The notes beneath the pieces are model-generated. The model did not search any database and was not told where the DNA came from. It saw only the letters and a list, made by a program, of their open reading frames with translations. A stretch of 63,997 nucleotides of DNA, the filler included, from Basidioascus undulatus (taxonomy: Eukaryota): assembly GCA_000826855.1 (NCBI GenBank). It is 6 parts of 6 records of this genome, joined end to end, with 100 filler letters (N's around TTAATTAATTAA, not from the genome) between each part and the next. Parts side by side here need not be neighbours in the genome. Positions count along the whole stretch, not along the records: positions 21,466 to 32,095 come from JTLS01001108.1; positions 32,196 to 42,825 come from JTLS01001109.1; 4 more parts are not named here. One strand, written 5' to 3'. Of the stretch, positions 26,190 to 37,102 are shown piece after piece. Within the stretch, counting starts at the first letter, position 1; every line of letters begins with the position of its first letter. The position numbers were made by a program, and so were the translations under genes.

Positions 26190-29100
26190 ATGCTGCGCGA
26201 ACCTCGAATGAGCTCGCGGACAAGCGTTGGCAGCGGAGCTGGACTCCTGCACAACCGGGTGAGTTCCGGGCCGTTTCGCTAGCACATTCGCACTAGATGC
26301 TCAACGTCGAGGATGCTGCGGTCACAGCAGCAGCCGTATAGTCTCCTGCCTCAGCTCAGTCCCGGCAGTTCCGTCAGCGAGAAGTATGCCATGGACACCG
26401 ATCCCGCTCAGTGGGGCGATCAATACCTCGGACCTGAGCCGGATGACAGGATCCGTGAGTCTCTTTGGTAGCTGTACCCCTTACTTTTTAGTCACTCACA
26501 GTTTACGCTCGCTCTGTAGATAATCCTGACCCGATCCGAGACAGGTCAAGCTCTTTCTTCTTTCCTCCTTTCGAATGGTGCTGACGAAGCTAGGGGGACC
26601 TCAGGAAAAACCACGGGGGTGGGAATATATTCACCTGGAGAGGCGTGATGAACTTGGGGATGCTACTTGTTCTTGGTGCGTCTGTTGGCTTTTCGCAGAA
26701 GAGCAGCTTCACGATGCCATACTGACGTGAGGCTATCGACCTTCCAGCTGCCGCATTGATCACCTTGTTTCTCGGGTACCCCGTTATCCTTTGAGAGAAA
26801 TTTCCCTTGTAAACTTGATTCTAGGGTGGACGCTTACCCTCGACGGCGGTCTGATACAGCCGAAGTGAAAAAGCTTCGCCAGAGTACTTCGGGGGCATAC
26901 AACTTGGCAAGTCGACCTTGCTCAGTTACAGCTGGGCTTTGGCCTCTGACACTAATTTAAAGAGAGGGGTCAACGCTTCGGGACAAATCGCTTTTGCCAG
27001 CGGAAGGGTAACACACAACAAGCCTCAACGTGCCAGACACTCTGATCTTACCGGCTGACTTGCTGGCGAACAGGGCTTGATCGACACGGACACACCTGAA
27101 TCCCCGAAGACGTAATCCCGTCCTTTATAAAACTTTCATGTGCATTGCAGCAGCTGAACTTCATGGGTGGCAGGCGAACCGGATTCGATAAGGGCAAGAA
27201 GCTGGGCTAGTACGTTTTGACGTTTCAGCGGAAGGCTTACAGACCTTTTTGATCCCATATTGACCGGCAGCGAGCTCGTCTTCTCCGATGAATTCAATAC
27301 CGACGATCGCTCTTTCTACCCCGGTCAGTCTCAAATTCCGTCCCAAATGTCTAGCTTTCGCAAAGCTCATGGAGGTGTCGCAGGCGTGACCCTTACTGGG
27401 AGGCGGTGGACATGCACTACTGGCAAGTTCCTTCGTAAGGTGTGGGTTCCATTAGCTTACATGTCGCTTCAAAAAGGTCTACAAACAACCTTGAGGTGAT
27501 CGAGCTCTGCATCCTTATGGCTGACTTTACCTAAGCCTCGAGTCTTGCAGTGGTACTCGCCGAGACGGGTCACTACTTCCGGTGGCGCCTTAACAATCAC
27601 CCTTGATAACGAGTCATCGCACAACCTGGTCAGTAACTTTGTTGCGCTTAACGAGCTTAGGCCTGACTCAATTCCCTAAAGGATTACGAAGGAGGCATGG
27701 TGGCGTCGTGGAACAAGGTGCGCAACGCGTAGCACGGTCGTTCTGTGATAGATACTCACCTCACTCTTCCCGTCTTTGCAGTTTTGCTTCACTGGGTATC
27801 CTACAATCTTTAAAACTTACATAAACCTAGTCTCTCTATGCTGATCCAGTCTGCCAGGGGATACCTGGAGGCCAACATCAGTCTACCTGGTTCCTCCTCC
27901 GTCTGGTGCGTCGGTAGATGTTGTCACAATTCTTGCAACTCACTTCTTTTACAGGGGGCTGTGGCCCGCATTTTGGATGCTTGCGTAAGCAGTGTATTTC
28001 ACTTTATAAAGCTGGATATCTGCACAGTAATTCCCCATACTCTTACAGAAACCTGGGGCGAGCAGGCTACGGCGCAACGCTCGAGGGCATGGTTCGTTAA
28101 CTTACTATCTCACTGTGTACCAAATACTGACACTTTATTGACTTTACTTTAGTGGGTACGTCTTTCTAACCCCAATATACGACAAGGGGCTTCGCTCAAA
28201 GATGATGTACAGCCCTACTCATACGACTACTGCGACGTCGGCGTAAGCACCGTCCAGTCTCTCTTAGTTTGTAACCACTGACCATGACATGCGGGGGAAA
28301 GGGCTAGACACTCCAAAACCAAACTCTGGCCGCGAAGCCGGAACCTGCTTACACCCGAGGTTCAGGCGGCAGCACACTCTCTTACCTCCAGGGCCAGCGG
28401 CTTTCGCGGTGTACCTGTGAAGGAGAGGCAAGCCACGTCTGCCTTGTTCTTCTTTTCGGGTAGTCTCACATTACAGTATATTCAGGTTCATCCGGGACCA
28501 AAGCATAGCGACGGCAAGGGTCGCGAGTGTCTCGTTCTTCATGCCTCGGCTGATAATGCTCTTGAATAGGCACCTACGTTGCACGCAGTGCGCCGGAGGT
28601 ATGCCCGTCAGCTAAACACGGAGGCAGCTTGGAGAGGGTGCTAAGGACGCTTTACTTCAAACAGATTGATGTGCTTGAAGCGCAGGTCAGTTTGTCGATC
28701 TTACAAGAAGGCGGAACAGTGACATTCACCTTCTCTCCGCTTCGAACAGGTGGACCAAAGTACCCGTACCGGTCACGTCTCGATGTCTGGACAGGTGCGC
28801 TGAAGTTCTCCCAGCTCTGCCAGTTGTTTCGAACTGTCATTCCTACAAACCTGTTGGTATCCGATCAGTTTGCGCCCTTCTACGCAGACTATCAATGGAC
28901 GAATCTTTCAACCAACTACGAACTCAGTGTGTACCCTGCCCGCGTGTGCTTTGCAGCGGCACATCAACTAATCATGTCTGTTCGCAGCTAACCCGTGAGC
29001 TCTGAGCGCTCAGGCGAGCTCTACGTAAATAGATTGTTAAACTGTTCCCTCTACAGCGACAAGGACAGCTTTAACGTGAGATCTGAGACGTCTGCGCTAG

Positions 29101-30545
29101 CCAAATCCATGCTGACCTGATACTCCTCCAGACCTATGTGGGTCAGATGCCAGTTTTCTTAAAGGGCAGACTGACATGCTCCGTCTATGCTTTACAGCTC
29201 GGTGGACAGCTGCAACAGTGAGTCAGCCGGCCACTGGCGTCGAGAACACCACTGAAACCTTCTAACGCTTGTATTAATTCTCCTCGCAGATCCACCAGTG
29301 TCATTGTCGAGACAGTAAGCCCATCATCAAATACGTTAATCGGTGCGACTGACCGGACGTTTGGGGTGCATAGGACCAAAACCGCCTACCAATACTCGGG
29401 TGGAAACTTCGCGACGTGCGTCTTTTTGTGCCCAGCAAGGTGTTGGATCTTACTGAGGGCAAGGACACATCCAAACACTTTAGATACGGGTGAGCGTAGC
29501 AAACCAGGCTGGCATAAACGCGGCTAGTCCTCAACCGACTCTGACGGGTTGTGGTGCAGGGTCGAGTATTGGCCGGGCGAAGACGCGAACGACGCCTACA
29601 TCAGTTGGTGGGTGAACGGGTAAGTGCTGCTCTTGTTCGAACAGCCCACAACGGCCTAACATTCAGAATCTTGTTCTTGTCAGAGAACTGCGTTGGTCCA
29701 TGTACGGTAAGTCTTTTTGCAAGAGATTTCGCGTGACTGGGATGAACCAAGCAACTCCGTCCACGCACAGCTGCTGGTGTCGCAGCGGACGACGTTGTCA
29801 ACATCTCCGCCCGGAGCATTCCGTATGAGCCCATGTACATCATCTTTAACGTGGGACTGTCCTACAAGTACGTCACCTATCCCTTGAGCAAGTGATGCCG
29901 TATTTGACATCCACGCACCCAGCTTTGGAGAAATCGACCTTGAGTGAGCATTCGAGTGGTATCGCTTTCAACTTCCCTTTACTATACGCTGAACAAATGT
30001 ATAGCGAGATGCAATGGCCCAATGTGCTTACCGTGCGTTTGCCAACTGCTCCGACTTGCAACTCATGCCGTTGACACTCGACACCCATTCACAGGTGGAC
30101 TACGTTCGATTCTACCAACGCACGGGCTCGCGTAACGTCGGCTGCGACGTACGGTGTTCTTACATTTGCTTGTGCCAGAAGATATGATCTGCAGCTACTC
30201 ACCCGAACATCCTGCTGACCGACAGCCGTCCGGTTACCCTACGGCCGAATAGGTGAGTCAACCCACCGCTTTCACCGTTTGACGCATTCTCGTGTGCCGG
30301 ACTTTACTGACTCCATGTGACGGCAGTACGCACGAAAGAACCCCATATAATCCTTATTTAAGAGCATAAATTTCATGTTAACTTTTTATGGCTGCAGCAT
30401 TAGCATGTTCCAGGAGGCGTACAATGTGTGTGCCCTCCTCCGGCTTTCTTGTTGGTTGACTGTGAACCTCGCGTATTGACGCCTTCTCCTTTCTGGCTTA
30501 TTTTTAACAAATGCACAGAATCCGAACATCACTACCTGGGCAGAT
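26190..30545 (+). pseudogene. KRE6: KRE6/SKN1 beta-1,6-glucan synthesis-associated protein (GH16), roughly 40 short introns, apparently disrupted
   Basis: Motifs include EPDDRIHNPDP, a TM segment ending LFLGYP, ELVFSDEFN, NKFCFTGG, GLWPAFW, GNLGRAGYGATLEGMWPYSYD, QRLSRCTC, RSAPEIDVLEAQ and NPNITTW. Family identity is strong. Apparent lesions lie at about 26789, 27385, 29378 and 30252. Confidence 0.75.
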
Positions 30546-30549
30546 TCAT

Positions 30550-30921
30550 CTCGAAGGAGGGATGCAACCCGTCGGAATCGCTTTCTGACTCTCGAACATG
30601 GCCTGGCCTACGCTGGGCACTTGGAATGTTGCAGAGGTTACGTCGTTCCAAGTGCGTCTTTCTGCCCCAAAGATACTCCTATAACTATGATGGACTAAAA
30701 GAAATCTACAATGCGTCAACGCAGAGAACGCCCTCGTAAGTTTCTCGCTGCAGTCTGGAACCCCCGCCTCCGCTTGTGTGCTGACCTCTTTCTCCCATTT
30801 CCAGCTCAACCAGGACGACTCGGCCTGCCAGAAGGCGCTCGCCGTCGCGCCCGACGACCTCAAGGGTCTCGTCGACAAGACGTCTTACCACAAGAGGAAC
30901 CCCTACGCGAACGATACGTGA
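30550..30921 (+). pseudogene. Possible chitin/polysaccharide deacetylase (CE4) C-terminal fragment
   Basis: FLTLEHGL...GYVVP resembles the basidiomycete CDA motif FIVLEHDL...AVGYxLP. It is followed by two small spliced exons ending NPYANDT*. Confidence 0.35.
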
Positions 30922-31932
30922 GGGTCGGGCCGTTGACACTTGTCGTGGCGCTGCAAAGGGCTGTGGCAACTGCCGACTACGGTGTCTTTCACTTCTCTTT
31001 CTTTTCTCTTTCTCCTGTTAGGATTGGGACTCTCATACTCTCGGATCAGACCGGTTATACCCTCATGGCATCGCCATGGACTTTTTGCCCCACACACTGT
31101 CCCAAAGGCAGCGGTGTCGAATGTTCGCGCTTGATGCTCGCTGTTGCAGGGCAGTGACAATATCGGCCAATACACCTTGTTCAATCTGCCAAACCTCTCG
31201 GAAGAAGCAAAAAATAATCATGTACCATTGCCGGAAACTCTCATTGACAAACTGGAAAACTTGGCAAGGACGATCGACCTCTTCAAGCCTGGGACATTAT
31301 ATAATACACTTGACCAGATTATCAGCCTCAATAGTGTTTCGCAGTAGTCTCGGGCTGTGCCGGTCCCACGTTTCACCACTGGCGACCTTGACCTCGCCAG
31401 GCTCGCGCTCGTCGCCTTCGCCTGCGCGCCAGTGCTTACGCTTGCGCTTTGACGCCCTTGTTCGCCTCTTCTTCGGTGCCAGGCTACTCTCCAACGGTCC
31501 CCACGGCAGTCCTGACGGCGCCGACGCTGCATCTTGTCCTCCCCCTCGCGAGCGATTCGCGGACACTGAGGCTGGTTGCCCCTGTTGGCCGATTCGGACG
31601 CCAGTGTCAGCTCAAGTCGAGCAGGTGAGTCGGGATCTAGCTTTGTGGGCTACAGCGTCCCTTGGCGCTCGGAATGCCGCTGCCGCCGGTGCAGGATTTG
31701 CATTGCACTCTGGTGTGGCTGCTTGATAGGTTCGATATGATTGTGGGCACTGGGCAGGAAGGGAAGCGAGCTGTGGGGAACAAGCGGGACAGTCCCGTCG
31801 ACGGGCCTCCGCGAGCTGCTATACGAGCTGTTCGCTTCACACATTTTCCAGCTCTCTGTGCTGTACGACCAGCTCACAGCCTGGCGCTGCCGACAATATA
31901 CCCACTAAAACGATGCCTAATTGCTGCTGATC

Positions 31933-32095
31933 ATGTCATTCTCTCGGTCTTCGCCGCCGTCACAGCATCGCCGATCCGCGGGTGCCTTCCGAGCGCCGAC
32001 GCCGCCCCCTCCGCTCACTCCGCCTTCGCTCTACACGCCTACCTCCCGCAGGCCACGGTCGCCCATGTCCCCCTCATCCTCCTCCTCCTCCTCCT
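31933..32095 (+). CDS. N-terminal S/P-rich start of a gene cut by the contig end
   Basis: The frame MSFSRSSPPSQHRRSAGAFRAPTPPPPLTPPSLYTPT... is open into the spacer. Confidence 0.35.
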
Positions 32096-32195
32096 NNNNN
32101 NNNNNNNNNNNNNNNNNNNNNNNNNNNNNNNNNNNNNNNTTAATTAATTAANNNNNNNNNNNNNNNNNNNNNNNNNNNNNNNNNNNNNNNNNNNN
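32096..32195. other. Artificial contig spacer
   Basis: N-run + TTAATTAATTAA + N-run. Confidence 0.97.
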
Positions 32196-32870
32196 TCCTA
32201 GTGGAGCTCGAGCTGGGGGTGGCCGCTGTCCTAGTGGCACTCTAACTGGGGAGGGTGATCGTGCCGCTGAAGTCGACAGGAACCGCCGAGGAAAAGCCGG
32301 CAGCGTCATTCAATCGCACTGCAGGCCTGCTCGAATTGCGAGACTTCAGGACCACTCAACATCAGCCAACTGCCGTACGCCTCGGTTAGCCGCGCGTGGA
32401 GAAGGTTCATATGAGTCTGCGCTCCAGCCGCTGTATCGATGTGTACGTGGTGTATCCATAGAAATTGCGCTGGTGAATGGTATGGTGCGCATACCAGGAG
32501 GAGACGACACGCTCGATACGCAAACCCGACAGCCGAGGAAGAACGCCGTCCATTCTCTTTCTATTGCGAGCTTCCAACGAGCTTCCAATGAACAAGTACT
32601 CAACCACGAGATAATCTTACTCAGCCATCCTCTTGGACTGTTACAGTTGCCCAGTTGCTGTGCAGTCAAATTTCAGTGCACTTGCTTGGACAGGCGCACT
32701 TGCCCACGCCGAGCAACAATCCGCTGCAACGCAACGGGCGGTCTGTGAAATCTTGCGCATCCAACAGATCCCAAATAAATCTTCCCTTTCCAAATATGTT
32801 CTCCGCTAGGCACCAGCACAGCGACCCTAGACGAATGCTCAATGCATGTCCGCATGTACCTCTCTCCCAT

Positions 32871-33752
32871 CTATACCCTCTCCGCCGCAAACACGCCCAC
32901 CTTGCACGCGGCGCCGATGATGGCGCTGAGGAGCGCGTGCGCGGGCGCCTGCTGCGCGCCGTGCTCGACAGCCGTGTCGAGGTGTTCGAGCTCGTCATCC
33001 CTAAATTCCTCAATCACGCCGCGCAGGACGTCGAGGCTCGCGTGCTTGCTCGCGACTGTTTCGAGCTGTTTCAACTGACTGTCCCCATACCAAACCAAGT
33101 AAGTGCTAATCAGCTGGTTAGGGCGGGAGGGGCGAGGAATGAGGAAGGGGGAGAGGGAGAGACAGGGACGCACTCGTCGTAATGCTCCCCGATGACAGTC
33201 TCCACCGCCTCCGTGCACGCCATCGCGGCCTCTTTGCCGAGCACCGCTGTTCCAGCACCCATGATCCACCCGGCAGCCTGCCAGATCGGGTAGAGCGCTG
33301 TGGGACGGACGCCGTGCTGGGTGACGATCTCGTCGAACGTCGCTAGGTGGTGCTTCTCCTGGTCCCACATGTGCTGCTCTCCCCACCAACCACCGCATCA
33401 GCCCGAACTTCCCTCCCTAACTAATTGTTGTCTGGAAGGAAAGGAAGAAGAAGAAGAAGAAACGCACCCGGATCAACTCCCCCTCATGTCCCTTGTCAAT
33501 CACCGCCGCCTGGCCCTTGTAGATCCAGTTGGCGCCCAGCTCGCCCGCCTGGTCGACGCGCACGATGCGCTCGAGGATCTGGCGCTCGCAGGGCGTCAGG
33601 TCTTCGGGCGTCTCGCTCGTTGAGGGAGTGGGGGCGGAGGAGTAGGCGGCGGAGGCGAGCGGGGGGTGGTCGAAGGCGGCGGTGGAGGAGAGGCGGCGGC
33701 TGGGGAGCGGGAGGGGGCGCAGGGGGGGAAGACGCGGTCGGAGGACGGGCAT
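32871..33752 (-). CDS. COQ7: 5-demethoxyubiquinone hydroxylase, mitochondrial di-iron
   Basis: An Arg-rich transit peptide precedes [47 protein letters not shown] and [13 protein letters not shown]. There are two introns. Confidence 0.95.
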
Positions 33753-33974
33753 GGTGGGCTGGCTGCCTTGGATGTCGGCTGGGGTTTCGTGAGGGCTCGC
33801 CTAGAGAGGATGTAGTGTTGTAATGCTGGCGGCTGTAGCTCAGAGGAAGATGGTCGGAGCGGCAGCCGTAGATCGGGGACGTCCGAACTCCCACGCTCCT
33901 CCTGCTGAGTGCCCGAGCAAGGCCCCGGTTGACCTCGCACCTCGATCTACTTGCCCTTCCCCGCCTCTCACTAC

Positions 33975-35570
33975 ATGGCCAGCGATGGCCTGCAACCCCC
34001 CGCGGCGAAGCGGATCAAAGTCTCCCTAGAGCCACCGCAGCTCCAGACCGACGCAGACGGCAAGCCCCGGCCCGACTACGTCCTCCTCGACGTCTCCCCC
34101 TCCAACGAGCCTGTCTACGAGCCGTGCGCGAGCTGTTCTTCCATCTTATGCCACCTTAGAGCTGACGCTGTCAGGGGAACTCAGGGTCGAAGATGCCGAC
34201 ACGCAGTTCGAGACCAAGCTGCACCGGATATGGGCCGAGCGGGGGGACTTCTCGCTGGTGTCTGTGGAGGGGCTGCTGAAGGAGGAGGAGGAGAAGGCGG
34301 AAGAGAAGGAGGAAGAGGAGGGGAAGGAGGAGGCTGAAGAGAAGGAGGAGGGGAGGGAGGAGGAAGAAAAGAAGATGACGCCCGAGGAGCTCTTTGAGCT
34401 CAAGCAGAACGTGCTGGGCACCCTACAGTAAGTGCTCCGTGTTCTCGTGCTTCTGAAGCTCAAATGACCTTGTCGGGCAGTGCGGCGCGAAACGAGTTCG
34501 CAGTCGGCCTCGACCTCGTCAACCTCCTGCTCTCCTCGACCGCGCGCGCCCCATCGGCAGAAGTGCAGCTCCCCCTCCCACGGGGGTCCATCACCTGCAC
34601 CGCAATCTCCAAGCCCGCGCCCTCCGCCGCCGTGCGCGCGCGGGATCTCCAGCTCGTGCTAGGCGCGAAGGAGGCGTCCCTCCGCGCCGCGGCAGACGTG
34701 TTCGCGCGCGCGGCCGAGCGGACCGAGAAGGTCGTCGAGCGGGGGGTGAACTACTGGCGCGACGCGCTGGAACTTAGGGAGAAGAATTGGAATATTGTTC
34801 CTGCTGCCGGAGTGGGGGCGGGGAGGGCCCTGGGGTTGGGCGCGGCGGCGGAGAGGGCGACGGCGAAGGACTTTGTGGTCACGTACGGGCTTGATGAAGG
34901 TGCGTTTCTCTCTCTACGCTCCTTGTTCCCTCTGCTTGTCCTCACTCGTCCGACTCTCCAGCGCCCTTCGAGCGCACCCGCTCCGCCTTCGCCTGGATCC
35001 CGACCTCCTCGTCCGCATCCACCCAGCCCCTCGCGACGCCCCCTCGCCGGAGCCGGCGCCTGCGCGTCAGCCTGTCGTACGAATCGGGCGAGCGCGGGGA
35101 GAACGCAGTCCGGGAGCTGGAAGACCCGGACGGGAAGAACGCGGTCCTGCGAAACGCGCAGTTGGAGGCGTTCGAGGAGGAGCTGTTCGCTGAGGTGCGC
35201 GTTTGCGTGTCGCGAGCATGTGCGGGGTGAAGCTGACTCTGATGAGGAGAGCAGCTCTTGAATGAGGCGAAGCACCTCCCCGCTGTGCAGTCTTCGTTCG
35301 AGGAAGAGATCGTCGTCGACGCCGGTCCGGGCGCACAACTCACTTTATCTCTCGTTCGCCTCTCCCCCAGCTCCCTATTCCATGAACTAACGAACCCTCT
35401 CCCAGATCGAGACCCCCGACCTCCCCTCCCCCTCCTCCCTTCCCTCTTCCCATCTCCTGCCCTCCCCACTCCCCTTCCCCCTTCCATCTCTCATCCCCCT
35501 TTTTCTTCTTCCTCTCCCTTGCGCTATTCTCCCTCCACTCACTTGTAGCAACCTGCGATCCCGTATGTAG
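33975..35570 (+). CDS. MED17: Mediator subunit 17 (Srb4); C-terminus uncertain, possibly truncated
   Basis: Recognised segments are LHRIWAERGDFS, an acidic tract, AARNEFAVGLDLVNLLLS, YWRDALELREKNWNI and LRNAQLEAFEEELFAE. The last exon runs into a C/T low-complexity tract. Confidence 0.75.
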
Positions 35571-36200
35571 CTGGTACTCCGACGACGAATCCTTCCTCGG
35601 CCCGCATCCGTCCCTCACGCTGAGCGCCGCGCGCGACTTTTCTGATGCGTCCGAAGTCTGGGAAGGACGGCAGCAACGGGAAGAAAGGCGAGGGTGGTAA
35701 CCGAGAAGTTTGTCCTTGAGAGCGGGGATCGGTTGGTTATGAGGGGGGAGACGCAGGGGAGGTGGTACGTCCCTCCTTTTTCCCCCACATCCCCCTCTTC
35801 TTCCCATCACGCCTTTCGTCTTTTCTTCTTCTAGTCCTTCCAGTCGCTGAAGAAAGGGAGGAACAGGAAGCACTCCATCCCCAAGCGCCTCATCAAGAGG
35901 TACGCCCTCTCCTTCCTTCTCCTCCCTTCCTCTGCCCTTCCTCCCGGCTCCCCCACGGCGAAAATACAAGCTCATCCGAAAGTGAGGGGGTGAGCAGGCC
36001 GGATCAACATCACCTTCCGCCGCGCGATCAACACGCGGGGGAGGAGAACTACTACCGGTCCGTCTTCCCTACTTCTCTCCCTATCTTTTCTCGTCCTATC
36101 TATCTCCCTCATTCTCACGCATGGCGGACGGGAATAGCTACAACGTCGGCGACGGGCCGGTGTAGAGCGTCGGGGAGGGGCGGATGGTGCAGCAGCAGTA
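35555..36200 (+). pseudogene. AlkB-family 2OG-Fe(II) dioxygenase (ALKBH2/3-like) relic
   Basis: Pieces SWYSDDESFLGP..SLTLSAARDF, KHSIPKR, GRINITFRR and ENYYR|YNVGDGPV* occur in order with retained introns. The HxD His reads Tyr, and there are frameshifts and a stop. Confidence 0.75.
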
Positions 36201-37102
36201 GGGCAAGTAGGGCGCTCTCGATGGGACGGAGGATGGGGTCCAGGAGTTGCAGTATTAGACGACTAGACGATAACTTATCGACTTTGCGTTTCTGGAGCAA
36301 GCGCACGCGCTCACAGCGGGGTGCATCACGTCGTGGCGCGCACCGCCTTCTTCGTGATGCCTTCCCAGATTTCTTGGCTTCCCTAACCGAAGCAGGGCAT
36401 GCTGATTGACTCTTTCTGCGAGAGCACCGAACCAAGGGTGCTGGAAACAAGGTCGACTTTGCAGCAAGTTGTTTGCTGCCGGCTGTGAACCTGACCCTTC
36501 GAATGAGCTGGAACCGTATCGATCTTCTGTGTGTGTTCTCCGTTGGAACCAAAGGTGGTGGTCCGTTGCACATCGAGGGAAGGGATGCTTCTTTGCTCGC
36601 TGCTGGCATGCTGCATTGCCGTGTACTGCCGTCGTTTGAACTAGTCGCAGCCCGGTTCAGCTCGCACGTAAACTCTTTCAACTACTTTTTCACCTCTTTT
36701 CTCCGGTCGTTAGGAAACAGGGTGGATTGGCTGGCGTTGGTCGACACAGCCGCCACACAGTCACGGTGTGCTTGTGCAACCGGGGCAACTTGCACCCACG
36801 CTCGACAACGTAGAACGTCCCCGGAATCTCGCTTTGCACTCCTCCGGCGTCTTTGGCGCTGATCCTTGTGCAACTCTAGAACGCAAAATAACCCTGTCCC
36901 GCCACATCCGCCTGCGTCCGCATAAACTCCAGCGTTATCATGAGGACGCGGAATCACGTGGAGCATCCTTCCTGCTTTAGCGCGGTCGGTGCCTACATGC
37001 GACTTATCTCCTCGTGTGCCAGGTCTCCCACCTCCCCTCCCATTCACGATCTTCCTCCCGATATCCCCTCACGGTCTTTTTACGCTCGAACGAACCCTCA
37101 TT

